A stretch of DNA of 64,000 bases. Source: an uncultured virus (IMG/VR IMGVR_UViG_3300021375_000010). Taxonomy: Duplodnaviria > Heunggongvirae > Uroviricota > Caudoviricetes. The notes beneath the pieces were generated by a model. The model made no database searches. It was not told the DNA's origin and saw only the letters and a program-made list of their open reading frames with translations. The stretch's first letter is position 1, and each line of letters starts with the position of its first letter. Below are positions 8,850-19,800 of the stretch, piece by piece. The stretch is taken from the IMG/VR virus record IMGVR_UViG_3300021375_000010; one strand, given 5' to 3'. The position numbers and the translations under genes are program-made.

Positions 8850-8857
8850 TATTTATA
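8850..8857 (-). promoter_or_regulatory. T4-type late promoter TATAAATA
   Basis: TATTTATA on the + strand immediately upstream of gp2. Confidence 0.65.
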
Positions 8858-9289
8858 CTAAGTTAGATGGTCTTCAGTTAATATTCTAAATTTATATTTA
8901 CGGTCTTTGCAGTATTCGTTAGCTGCTTTGAACTTTGCTTGATTGACAAGGTATGTTGCAACCTCGTTGATATACCTTTTGGTTTTTCGTTTGGGTTCTT
9001 TGGGTGGTTTGGTTTGCTTCTTGGGTTTAACTTCGATGATTTCATATAACACTTCACCCTTAGTGTTACGATATTTTATGTAGAAATCGGGGAAGTATCT
9101 ATGAACCTTGTTGTCCACAGGAGAAATGTATGGTATAATGATTTCTTCACTACCCCATTCCAGTATGTTAGTGTTATCATCACAATATTGCATGAATCTT
9201 CGCTCCCACAGCGAACGATAGACAATCTTTGTGGGGTCGCCTGTATATTTTTTGTAATTCTTCGGTTTAAACCGTCCGCTATATGACAT
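8858..9289 (-). CDS. gp4: Head completion nuclease gp4
   Basis: YSGRFKPKNYKKY.GDP..YRSLWE..YFPDF..IEVKP motifs; start at MSYSG. Confidence 0.92.
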   Translation of the reverse strand: MSYSGRFKPKNYKKYTGDPTKIVYRSLWERRFMQYCDDNTNILEWGSEEIIIPYISPVDNKVHRYFPDFYIKYRNTKGEVLYEIIEVKPKKQTKPPKEPKRKTKRYINEVATYLVNQAKFKAANEYCKDRKYKFRILTEDHLT

Positions 9290-9319
9290 AAATAGATGTA
9301 ACAATAATGAAACTCTAGG

Positions 9320-9327
9320 TATTTATA
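9320..9327 (-). promoter_or_regulatory. T4-type late promoter TATAAATA (for gp4)
   Basis: TATTTATA on the + strand in the divergent gp4/gp48 gap. Confidence 0.6.
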
Positions 9328-9328
9328 C

Positions 9329-10417
9329 ATGGCATCACTAAACAAAATTCTATCGAAAGTCAACTCTGCTTCATCAGCATTGAAATCAGTAAAAGGACTG
9401 AAGTCTAAAATCTCAAATACAGACTACAAGAAAACAATCGCAGACCTATCAAACTATGATGCTCTTAAAGAACTAGCAGATAAAGAAAGAGAGATATTAG
9501 AAGGACGAAGAAGTCGACTCAATCAAGATGAGGATGCTGCTAACAAAATGAAATCCATTAAGGCTGCTAAGAGACCACCCGCTGGACAAACAAAAGAACT
9601 ACAGTATCCTTTAGAACAACTCAACAACTATCTAGAAATAAAAATTAGACCAAGAAAACAACAGAACAGTGGTGCTAATGCTAAAAACTTAATGAACGAC
9701 ACAGACACATACATTTATATGTACGTTCCTACTGGTCAAGTAAGTGAGGCAAAGGTTTCATATAAAGAAGGTGAGGTCGGTGTAGCTGCAAGGGGTGTTA
9801 TGGATATCATGGGGGCAGAAGGTTTCGTTGATACAAGTGTGGCAATTGGTGATGCATTGAATGCTGCTATATCATCAGGTCTAAATAAGATGGCTAATAT
9901 GGCAACAGGTGATGTTGTTAACTTTGCACAGGGACAAGCAGTCAACCCAATGAAAGAACAGATGTTAGAGGGTGTTGGGTTCCGTTCATTCAATATGGAA
10001 TTTACAATGAGACCAGTATCACAAGAAGAAGCAGATGTATGTAAAGAAATTATATACACTTTAAGAACTGCCATGTTGCCCGACACTTTTGGTTCGGATG
10101 AGACAAATCAGATTGAGAATTATTTTAACTATCCGAACATTATCGATTTAAGATGGGAAGGGCCTATTCAATATACTATGGACGGATTCTTACCAGCAGT
10201 AATTACAGATGCATCTGTAACATATGGTGGTGGTAGTACACTAGAGACTTTTTCCGATGGCACACCACTAGAGATGAAGTTGAATTTATCATTTACTGAG
10301 ATTAAAGTTCTTACACAGGAAACGTATCAGATGATATCACCACACCCAAAAGCAGACACTAGTATAGGTGGTGGTACACGAAGTATACTCGACACTAGAG
10401 ATACAACCAACGGATAA
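9329..10417 (+). CDS. gp48: Baseplate tail-tube cap gp48
   Basis: NPMKEQMLEGVGFRSFNMEFTMRP.S.EEA; LNLSFTE. Confidence 0.85.
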   Translation: MASLNKILSKVNSASSALKSVKGLKSKISNTDYKKTIADLSNYDALKELADKEREILEGRRSRLNQDEDAANKMKSIKAAKRPPAGQTKELQYPLEQLNNYLEIKIRPRKQQNSGANAKNLMNDTDTYIYMYVPTGQVSEAKVSYKEGEVGVAARGVMDIMGAEGFVDTSVAIGDALNAAISSGLNKMANMATGDVVNFAQGQAVNPMKEQMLEGVGFRSFNMEFTMRPVSQEEADVCKEIIYTLRTAMLPDTFGSDETNQIENYFNYPNIIDLRWEGPIQYTMDGFLPAVITDASVTYGGGSTLETFSDGTPLEMKLNLSFTEIKVLTQETYQMISPHPKADTSIGGGTRSILDTRDTTNG

Positions 10418-10422
10418 CAATT

Positions 10423-11160
10423 ATGGCATCACAATTATTTAAAAACTTTCCAACGATACAGTATAAACTTAATGATGGCAGAATTATCCACATCAAAGAT
10501 TTCTTCCGTAAGGGTAAGATTGAATTACAAAAAGTTAATACACTGATTGATTATGAATTTTATCAATTAGATGAAGGTGAAAGACCCGATATAGTTGCTT
10601 CCAAACTATACGGAGATAGTGATTTACACTGGGTACTATTCCTAGTGAATGAGATAGATAATTACTATGATTGGTATATGGACAACTCCACTTTTAATAA
10701 TTATCTAGATAGAAAATATGAAGGTGTATATCTAACCGCATCATCTTCAACAGATATTGTTGGCCCACACAACACAGATGGTCAGGGCAATATCACATCC
10801 GATAATAAATTTTTATTGGGTGAACTAGTCACACAAGGTACAACAACAGGACACGTATTACAGGTCGACCCATCAAACAATCGACTTAGAGTTACTGCTG
10901 GAGATTGGGTTGCAGACCAAACTATAACAGGCTCTCTCAAGAGTTCTACAGTACAAGGTGTAGTGCAACCAAGAGATTCCATATCACACTACATTAATAG
11001 TAAGGGTATAAAATCCACAACACCTCAGGCTGGATTTCAAAGTGTAAGTATATGGGAAATGGAAAATGCACTTAATGAAGATAAGAGAAAAATTAAAGTA
11101 ATCAAACCACAGTATATAAAAACTGTGGTAACCCAATACGAATCACTTTTGCAAGTTTAA
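10423..11160 (+). CDS. gp53: Baseplate wedge subunit gp53
   Basis: FKNFPTIQY..GERPDIVASKLYGD..LHWV..E..LNE.KRKIKVIKP. Confidence 0.9.
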   Translation: MASQLFKNFPTIQYKLNDGRIIHIKDFFRKGKIELQKVNTLIDYEFYQLDEGERPDIVASKLYGDSDLHWVLFLVNEIDNYYDWYMDNSTFNNYLDRKYEGVYLTASSSTDIVGPHNTDGQGNITSDNKFLLGELVTQGTTTGHVLQVDPSNNRLRVTAGDWVADQTITGSLKSSTVQGVVQPRDSISHYINSKGIKSTTPQAGFQSVSIWEMENALNEDKRKIKVIKPQYIKTVVTQYESLLQV

Positions 11161-11163
11161 TAT

Positions 11164-12627
11164 ATGACAACAGATAACCGTAAGGGTGGTGAGTTTTTTA
11201 TAAACTCAATAACACTCTCCAATCAATTTAAAGAATCCGTTGAGATAACCAAACTCATAACTGGATTTCGCTTGTACGAATCTATCTATAAAAAGTACAC
11301 TACTGGAGAAGTACACTTCATTGATGGTCTTAATCTAATTAAAAATTTCAGGTTTACTGGTCAGGAGTTCATACGTGTTTCTATATCTATGAAACAGGGA
11401 ACTGGAGAAAAGGCGGCTAAAGAAGATAGTATCGATAGAGACTTTCGTGTATATAAGGCATCAAATATAAACCGTGTCAATGATACTACACAGACGTATG
11501 TATTGAGACTATGTGACCCACGAATGTTTGCGTGTGAACGTGTACGTGTAAGTAAGGCGATGCGTGGTTCGTATGATAAGATGTTACAAAATATCTTAGT
11601 AGAAGACGTTAAGATGAAACCCGAAGAGTTCGACTCATGGGAAACGACCATGCCCGACAACAATCAGATGATATGGCCCAACTGGAAAGTCTCTAAAATA
11701 ATAGACTGGATAACACAAAACTCATCTATAGGAAACAAGACATCATTTAAAAATGGTATGTTCTTTTTCCAAACATTAAATGGTAAGTATAAGTTCAAAT
11801 CCATTGACACTATGATGGAACAAGAATACCCACTGTCATTTTCTTTCAGACCAAGAACAGAAAACTTAGATACTGGAGAAACCGACATCAATGCCCCAAG
11901 TGGTTTGAACACACAAATTATAAGTTACACTAAACCACAAGCATTCGATACGCTTAGAGGTACTATCGCTGGAGCGTATGCTAGTTCCATGAAAGTGTAT
12001 GACCCCGTCAGGAAAATTGAAGAGGATATTGTATTTGACTTGGAAGAAAGTTTTAAAAAGGGCAATCATGTTTCTGGCAAAAATCCAATAATATTAACAG
12101 ATGGTGGTGAATCTTTTACTGAGATGACACTTACTACAGAAGATATTGTTGACAAATTTGTATCTCCCAATGTAACTGAGGTGGATGCAAATTTAGCACC
12201 CAACAAAGCATTTGATAGTGTTGTGGTCTATGATTACACTACTACACATGTATTTGACCAATCAACATCTCTTACTGAAAATGAGGTGTTTCAAGGTCAG
12301 AAGAATAAAGACAACGCAAAATTAGAAAGACAATCGATGATGGAGATACTACAACAACATACTATGGTAGTGTCTATTCCATTTAGAACAGATATTAGTT
12401 GCGGAACTATTATCAAGTTAGAATTGCCCGAACCGCAACTAGCATCTAATGCAGAAAGTAAAGATAAACTGAATGACGGTAGATATTTAATTACTGATAT
12501 ATGTTTCCAAGGAAATGTATTAGAGAATGGTGGTCTATGTAATATAGAGTGTGTTAAGGAGAGTTTTGCTAAATCAATAACATCCATCAACCCACAAGAC
12601 ACTATGGAAGCACCCGAGGACGATTAA
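11164..12627 (+). CDS. Probable baseplate hub protein (gp27/gpD-like)
   Basis: LYESI..G.EFI..FFFQT..GRYLITDI pattern; lies between gp53 and gp5. Confidence 0.6.
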   Translation: MTTDNRKGGEFFINSITLSNQFKESVEITKLITGFRLYESIYKKYTTGEVHFIDGLNLIKNFRFTGQEFIRVSISMKQGTGEKAAKEDSIDRDFRVYKASNINRVNDTTQTYVLRLCDPRMFACERVRVSKAMRGSYDKMLQNILVEDVKMKPEEFDSWETTMPDNNQMIWPNWKVSKIIDWITQNSSIGNKTSFKNGMFFFQTLNGKYKFKSIDTMMEQEYPLSFSFRPRTENLDTGETDINAPSGLNTQIISYTKPQAFDTLRGTIAGAYASSMKVYDPVRKIEEDIVFDLEESFKKGNHVSGKNPIILTDGGESFTEMTLTTEDIVDKFVSPNVTEVDANLAPNKAFDSVVVYDYTTTHVFDQSTSLTENEVFQGQKNKDNAKLERQSMMEILQQHTMVVSIPFRTDISCGTIIKLELPEPQLASNAESKDKLNDGRYLITDICFQGNVLENGGLCNIECVKESFAKSITSINPQDTMEAPEDD

Positions 12628-13946
12628 TGAAAATGTTTTATGGTATAGTAGAAGACCGTAACGACCCATTGAAGATTGGTCGTGTTAGAGTTCGTGTACA
12701 TGGTTTACATACAGATGATAAACAGATGATTGCAACCCCCGATTTGTCATGGTCTCAAGTTATTCTACCAACAACTTCTGCTGGACTATCGGGATTCGGA
12801 ACACAACACGGACTCGTTGAGGGGTCTACTGTTATTGGTTACTTTAGAGATGAAAATGTCCAACAAGATTTTGTAGTAACAGGGTCTGTTGCTGGGATTC
12901 CTGCTCAAGGATATAAAGAATCTATAACCGATGAGTTAATAAAGAGAGAGGTCATCAAAGGATTTAATGACCCACGTAGATTAACATCAGCAGACTATGC
13001 TGACACCCCCGATGGCGCTTCGCCTGCACAATCTCCAAATCGTACATTTGGTTTAGAGAAAGGTTTAGATGAGTTCCCCAAGAAACCTAAAGAGATTGAG
13101 ATAAATCTCGTAGATGGTACAGGGTCTACAATAACAGAATTAGAACTTACAGAGACGGATTTGCCTTACTATCCTTTGTATTATGATAAGACAGATGTAT
13201 CTCAATCCGCAACAGGAGATAAAGATTACACTAGTAGAGATATAAGTGCAGTTAACTCCAAACCCGATACACCGATGGGTATGATACCTTCAGTAGCGGC
13301 ACCAATATATCCTTTTAACAAAACAATAGAAACTGAATCGGGTCACTTGATAGAAATTGATGACACTCCTACACTAGAAAGACTAGCGATTGAACATCGT
13401 TCAGGAACGTTTCAGGAAATCCATCCCGATGGTAGTGTGGTGCAACGTATAGTAAATGATAACTATCAAGTAATTGCAAAGGACGACAAACTTTATATAG
13501 CAGGTAATGCTGATATAACTGTAGAAAAAGGTAATGTCACTATCAATGTGAATACAGGTAATGTATCTACAACAGTACTCAAGGGTAATGTTGACACTAA
13601 GGTTATGGAAGGAAACGTTGACTTATATGTTAAGGGTAATGTATCCGAGGTCATTGATGGTAATGTAGATGCACAGATAGGTGGAACATTAAATGCAGAT
13701 GTAGTGGGTAACACAACATTCACTTCACCAACTACAAAAATGACTACAAATTTAACAGTTGACGGTACGGTTCATATCACTGGTGCTCAGACAAATGACT
13801 CCACAATTGATGCAGTTGGTGATATATCAACTGATGCTGGAAATGGCCCAACACTTGCAACCCATAAACACAAAGCAACTTCACAAGATACTGGTTCAGG
13901 TTCAAATGCTGGTAAGAAGAAAAATACAAGTGTTCCCGATGCATAA
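12627..13946 (+). CDS. gp5: Baseplate central spike gp5 (OB fold plus beta helix, no lysozyme domain)
   Basis: GIVEDRNDPLKIGRVRVRVHG; ESGHLIEIDDTP; V.GN repeats; THKH apex. Confidence 0.9.
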   Translation: MKMFYGIVEDRNDPLKIGRVRVRVHGLHTDDKQMIATPDLSWSQVILPTTSAGLSGFGTQHGLVEGSTVIGYFRDENVQQDFVVTGSVAGIPAQGYKESITDELIKREVIKGFNDPRRLTSADYADTPDGASPAQSPNRTFGLEKGLDEFPKKPKEIEINLVDGTGSTITELELTETDLPYYPLYYDKTDVSQSATGDKDYTSRDISAVNSKPDTPMGMIPSVAAPIYPFNKTIETESGHLIEIDDTPTLERLAIEHRSGTFQEIHPDGSVVQRIVNDNYQVIAKDDKLYIAGNADITVEKGNVTINVNTGNVSTTVLKGNVDTKVMEGNVDLYVKGNVSEVIDGNVDAQIGGTLNADVVGNTTFTSPTTKMTTNLTVDGTVHITGAQTNDSTIDAVGDISTDAGNGPTLATHKHKATSQDTGSGSNAGKKKNTSVPDA

Positions 13947-13960
13947 GCGCTGTAAGAACG

Positions 13961-13968
13961 TATAAATA
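13961..13968 (+). promoter_or_regulatory. Late promoter TATAAATA
   Basis: Exact consensus upstream of gp25. Confidence 0.7.
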
Positions 13969-13973
13969 GAACT

Positions 13974-14396
13974 ATGAAAGATGTAAAAAACAATGCTTCA
14001 ACCGTAGCAACTTCAAATTTATATTCTGATTTGGATTTATTGTTTCAACCACATCCAGTTACTGGCGATGTGACTAGGAAAACAGATGTTGCATCTATTA
14101 AAAGGGCAGTAAGAAATATTGTTCTAACAAATGCATATGAAAGACCATTCAAACCAGGCTTTGGTGGCAATCTAACAAGTAAACTATTTGAATTAAATAC
14201 AGATAGAGGAATCCGAAGAGTTGGGGAATCGTTATCTAAAACTATAACAACCTTTGAACCAAGAGTTGAGAATGTAACAATTCGTATAGATGAAGATAAA
14301 TTCGATACCAACACACTAGATGTATCAGTATCATATAGTATTAAAAATGGAGTAAAAGACCAATCCGTAAAAATCGCAGTAACGAGGGTAAGATAA
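13974..14396 (+). CDS. gp25: Baseplate wedge subunit gp25
   Basis: YSDLDL.F..HP..D..SIKRAVRNIVLT..ERPF.P.FG; FEPRV. Confidence 0.93.
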   Translation: MKDVKNNASTVATSNLYSDLDLLFQPHPVTGDVTRKTDVASIKRAVRNIVLTNAYERPFKPGFGGNLTSKLFELNTDRGIRRVGESLSKTITTFEPRVENVTIRIDEDKFDTNTLDVSVSYSIKNGVKDQSVKIAVTRVR

Positions 14397-14397
14397 A

Positions 14398-16272
14398 ATG
14401 GCAAAAGTAAACAGTTCACAATTAAACATTACGGAATTAGACTTTGATAATATTGCTCTGAATCTAAAAGACTTTTTAAAGGGACAAGACCAACTAAAAG
14501 ATTATAACTTCGAAGGGTCAACTATGTCAGTATTGATTGACCTTCTTGCATACTCTTCTCATATCAGTGCAGTTAACACTAACATTGCTGGTAGTGAATT
14601 GTTTCTTGATTCCGCACAGATAAGAAAGAATGTAGTATCTCGTGCTAAAGATTTAGGATTTGTTCCCTCTTCAGAAACTGGTGCAACAGCACTTGTTGAT
14701 TTGACTGTTTCAAGTGTTAGAAATGGCGATGGTAGTATACCAACTTCTGGCGACATGACACTCAACAGGGGTTCAATCTATCAAACTGTATATGATGGAA
14801 GTACTTATGATTTTGTTGTTACAGAGAGTGTGAAACCATCTCAGAACGGAAATGAATTTAGATATTCAAACGTAGGACTCACACAAGGCACTTATGCAAA
14901 TGATACCTTTGTATTTGATACACAAATGTCAAATCCAAAGTTTGTCCTTAGTAATGCCAGAGTAGATAAACAACACATCCAAATAAGTGTGAATTCAGGT
15001 GGGACTTCTTCTACTTACACACTGTCAACTGGTATCTCAAATATCACAACTACATCTAAAGTATTCTATGAACAAGAAAACGAAGATGGGTATAGAGAAA
15101 TATATTTTGGGGATGGTGTACTAGGTGCAGCTCTTAAAGATGGTGACATCATTACAGTAACTTATATCGTAGTCGATGACTATCATGCAAATGGTGCTCA
15201 GACATTCACACCTGTAAATGGTATTAATGGTTTCAGTAATATTTCTGTATTGACTAGTAGCAAGGCCGCTGGTGGTTCTGAAAAAGAATCTATCGACTCA
15301 ATCAAATTTAAAGCAACAAAGTTTTACACTTCACAAAACAGACTGGTAACGTTGAATGACTATAAAGCAAAGGTCAGTGAGTATTATCCAAACGCAGATG
15401 CAGTTGCAGTATGGGGTGGTGAAGACAACAATCCACCCGAATATGGTAAAGTGTTTATTGCACTTAAACCTAAGAACGCAGACTACCTATCAGAAGTAGA
15501 ACAGAAACAAGTTGTCCAAAAACTGAATGCATTAAACATGTTAACAGTTAGACCAACTATTGTCAACCCCGAGATTATTAAGATATTAATTTCTACTACA
15601 TTCAAATATAACCCTGCTGGAACCACACTAAGTAAAGGTGAACTTGAGAGTATTATAACCAATGCTATTAACACATTTGATGCATCTAATTTAAGTAACT
15701 TCGATTCTATATTCAGACATTCTAATTTAGTGAAATCTATAGACGAAGCAAATGATTCTATACTTTCTAACATCACAAACCTAAGATTACGTAAATCACA
15801 GAAAGTGAGTACAGACCAATCCAAAGGTGTTACAGTAGACTTTGGTAATGGGTTCTACAACCCTGTAGCAGGTTATGCAACAGAAATAGGTGGTATCATA
15901 GTTACCACTGGTTTCAAAGTGTCAGGGGACACAGTAAACACACAATATTTTGACGATGATGGAAAAGGAAATCTAAGAAGATTCTATCTATCAGGCGCAA
16001 CAAGAATTTATCTAGATAATTCAGCTGGAACAGTTGAGTATTCTACTGGTAAAATTTCAATTAATAATATCTTCTTCACTTCAACAGAGAAGACAGATAG
16101 TACGATTGACTTCACCATTATACCAGCATCATTTGATGTTGTTGCTTCTAGAGGTAATCTAGTTGACATCGACCAACAAATGATTTCGGTTAAAGGTGAG
16201 ATAGACACCATCGCAAGTGGTGAAAGTAGTGCTGGTGTTGGGTATAACTCAACATCTAGTACATCATATTAG
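14398..16272 (+). CDS. gp6: Baseplate wedge subunit gp6
   Basis: ELDFDNI..NL..DYNFEGS; FLDSA; QNRLVT..DY; WGGE..PPEYGKVFI. Confidence 0.93.
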   Translation: MAKVNSSQLNITELDFDNIALNLKDFLKGQDQLKDYNFEGSTMSVLIDLLAYSSHISAVNTNIAGSELFLDSAQIRKNVVSRAKDLGFVPSSETGATALVDLTVSSVRNGDGSIPTSGDMTLNRGSIYQTVYDGSTYDFVVTESVKPSQNGNEFRYSNVGLTQGTYANDTFVFDTQMSNPKFVLSNARVDKQHIQISVNSGGTSSTYTLSTGISNITTTSKVFYEQENEDGYREIYFGDGVLGAALKDGDIITVTYIVVDDYHANGAQTFTPVNGINGFSNISVLTSSKAAGGSEKESIDSIKFKATKFYTSQNRLVTLNDYKAKVSEYYPNADAVAVWGGEDNNPPEYGKVFIALKPKNADYLSEVEQKQVVQKLNALNMLTVRPTIVNPEIIKILISTTFKYNPAGTTLSKGELESIITNAINTFDASNLSNFDSIFRHSNLVKSIDEANDSILSNITNLRLRKSQKVSTDQSKGVTVDFGNGFYNPVAGYATEIGGIIVTTGFKVSGDTVNTQYFDDDGKGNLRRFYLSGATRIYLDNSAGTVEYSTGKISINNIFFTSTEKTDSTIDFTIIPASFDVVASRGNLVDIDQQMISVKGEIDTIASGESSAGVGYNSTSSTSY

Positions 16273-16353
16273 TATGCATAAAGTGGTCTAGGACACATGG
16301 TGTGTGCCTAGAGTAGCATTCCATTAACTTGGTTTTTATAGGAGAAAAACAAA

Positions 16354-16833
16354 ATGGCAGATAAAAAAATTAGCGCATTAACAGCGGTTGCTGACGCAGC
16401 AATTGGTGGAGATGATTTACTACATATCGTAGACAACCCAGGCGGTACACCTGTTAATAAAAAGATGACTATTGCTCAACTTTTTAAAAACATCCCTACA
16501 TTCTTGGCGAGTGACGATATCACAACTTTAACAGCAAGTGCAACAGACCTTGCATCTTCATTCGTTACTATTATTAATGGTAATGGTTGGGGTGCTCATA
16601 CCAACTTTACGTTGGATGATGGTACTGCAGTTGGTCAGTTAAAAATTATTATCGCAGGCACAGAACCAGCATCTTCATACGAAGGTAGAGTTACAGTTAC
16701 TAATTGGCAGAAGTCAACTACAGCTGCTCCACAAATCGTATTGGATTCACAAGGTGAAGCTGTTGTATTGATTTGGACTGGTACTGCATGGAACCTAGTC
16801 GCAAACACTGGCGCAACAGTAAGTTTTGCTTAA
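16354..16833 (+). CDS. Virion structural protein (hypothetical)
   Basis: MADKKISALT start typical of phage structural proteins; strong AGGAG SD. Confidence 0.7.
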   Translation: MADKKISALTAVADAAIGGDDLLHIVDNPGGTPVNKKMTIAQLFKNIPTFLASDDITTLTASATDLASSFVTIINGNGWGAHTNFTLDDGTAVGQLKIIIAGTEPASSYEGRVTVTNWQKSTTAAPQIVLDSQGEAVVLIWTGTAWNLVANTGATVSFA

Positions 16834-16843
16834 GTAGATATAT

Positions 16844-19800
16844 ATGCAAGAGTACCAAACAGATAGTTTGAGTTCGAGACTTCCTTCTTTACTTCCCGAG
16901 TATTTGAAGGAAGAATCTCCAGCGCTTGAAAGCTTTCTAAAGGCGTACTTTGAATTTTTAGAAGCAGAGATTATTACTCTCTCTTCACAATCTACTTTAG
17001 ATAACTTGAGTTTAGAAGACGGTGTCGGGGACTTAATATTAGAAGACGGCACCGTCTCTAACAGGTTTAGTGATGAGTCAAGAAACATAGTCACAGAACA
17101 AAGTATTACTAACACAGAAAAGACTGCTTCCCCGTTTATTAAGGGTGAGTATGTTGTTGGTAGTAAAAGTAAGTCAGTTGGTAAGATAACATTAGTTACA
17201 ACTGATAAACTATATGTACAGACAATTGAAGGACATGGTTTTCAAAAAGAAGAAACTATTACTGGTAGAGAGTCTTTACAAACAGCAGTTGTAGAAAGTT
17301 TCAAACAGAATACAGTTCTTGCAACAAATAAGTTGTTAGACTATTCAGATGTAGACAGAACAACAGAAGAATTCCTTCAGTATTTCCAAAATGATTTAAT
17401 CCCATCTTTAGATATTGGTAATACTGTTAATCGTAGACTTACGATTAAAAACATAAAAGATTTATATCAATCAAAAGGTACTGCTGAATCAGTCAAGTTC
17501 CTTATGAGATTGTTGTACGGTGAGGATGCAACAATTAGATATCCCGATAATGAAACACAGTATATATCTGAATCGGGTTATAACGAAATTAGAAGATTAC
17601 GTGTTGTAGTAGATACAGGACTACCATCTGCAACAGATAGAATTATTCAATACACCCCCAACAGCAAATTTGTAGAAGCAGAAGCTATTATCGAAAATGT
17701 GTTCGTAGATAACTTCGATGCAAAAGAGTATGCCTTAGAGATTACTATAAATCACTCAGGCACATTCACTCAAGGTAGTGTAGTAACTTTCATTGACAGA
17801 GATGGTATAACAGAATATACTGGTACTGTATTAGGTATCATCAATCAAGTTAGTAGAGAATCCTCTTCAACTTATGTATCGCATGACGATAACGGTGTCA
17901 TCTTACTAGAAGGTGAAGATGAAGGTGGACTATTATTCGAACAACAAGGTTTAGGTTCATTATACACTAAGAATGATATTATAGAATTCACTGGAAGTAA
18001 AAGTAATCACACAGCACTAAACGCTAGAGGTGCTGTTGATGGTTTGACTAGAGGTGGTATCACTAAAATCTACATCGATGCAGAAGGTACTGGTTATGAG
18101 GGTGAGGACTTAATTGTATTTGATAATGTTGGAACTTCAGGTGGTGGTGCAGAAGCAGTAATTGGTTCTGTAGGTGACGAAGTCATGCTCGAAGGTGGTA
18201 CAGCATATGGTCACTTTACTATTACTGCAACTCAAGGGCAAACACTATTTGGTGGTGCTGGAGTTACAGATGACAATGGTATGGCAATATTCTTCAATGA
18301 TGCAGACCTTGTAGTTTTTAAAAATGATATAAGACAAACACCAAACACTACTTACACTACACACGATTATACACATAGAAACGATAGAGTTGTATTCACT
18401 GCAGGTTTGAATGCTGGCGATAGAGTCGACTTATATACCGAATTTAACAGACTAACATATGAAGATAATACAAACAATGGAGATACCATTGTACTAGAAA
18501 CTACCATAGGAAATGTTAGAAGTGTACGAATTAAATCAGGTGGTAGTGGATACGAACAAGTCCCTGCTTGTTGGCCTGGTGGTTACATTTACTTTAATGA
18601 CCTTAGTGGATTTGAAGTTGGTGAAACAGTTACAGGTGGCACAACTGGTGCAACATCTACTATCTTGCGTATAGAAGAAGATAGAAACCGACTAGTGGTC
18701 AAACGATTGCCGACAGACACTGGTGGATACCAAAATGGGGAAACAATTATTGGTGGTACAACATCCACTAGTAGAGTGAATGTCGAAACACAGGTTACTA
18801 GAGGTGAGGGTGCTAGATTATTTGCATACTCAGATGATATCGGTGGTATCACATCTATAAATCTCATCGAACAGGGTAGTCATTTCTATTCAGATGGTAT
18901 TTTATCAGATACTAGTTTCTTCCCAATGTTAATTAGTAGTCCATCAGCAGTACCACAACAAAATGTAGTCATTGAAGGACAAGTTTCAGGAAGTACTGCA
19001 ACCATTGTTAAGTATGATGCAACAAGACACATACTAGTGTATAAAAACTTAAGTGGCTGTTTCGCTGATAATGAGACTGTTGCATTTAACAATGTCGACA
19101 CATTTAAGATTTTAAAAACAAATCCATATAATGGTATTGGTAAGTTTGCTGGTGAAGGTAACATGCAAGAACAGTTTGTCACAGACAAAGGACAACTCAA
19201 TACTTCCGCTAACCACTTACAAGATAGTTTGTATTATCAAACACACTCATATGTAATTAAAGTTGCAGAGTCTATTAACAAATACAGGTCAGTAGTAAAG
19301 GACTTGTTACATCCTGCTGGACATATATTCTTTGGTGAGGTTGGACTAGAAAAGTCAGTAACAGGTATTTCACCTACATCTAAATTTGTACCAACAATTA
19401 TCTTGGTTATGAAACCTGTTTTGTATGTACCCGATGCATTCTCAAACTCATTGAGAACATATTTACTCCATGCAGACATGTCTTCAACAGGCCCCGAAGG
19501 TGGTGTTGGACTATTAACGCTTGACGAAGCAGGACAACCTGTATCTAATACAGACCCTAGAACTGGTGGTGGAATAACAGAACCAAGAACAGAATATGGT
19601 GATTCTTCACATAGAAGTCGACATATGAACATCCTTAAGATTGTTAATAAATCAGTTCCTTCAGTTAGAGTAGATAATGTAAGAGGTGTTGTTAGGTCTG
19701 TAGGTTCAGTCAATTTAATGGACAATCAAATAACACTTGATTATCATAATAGAAAGTTCGTTGCAGCTGACCAAGGTAAGATACAAAGTTTACATGTACA

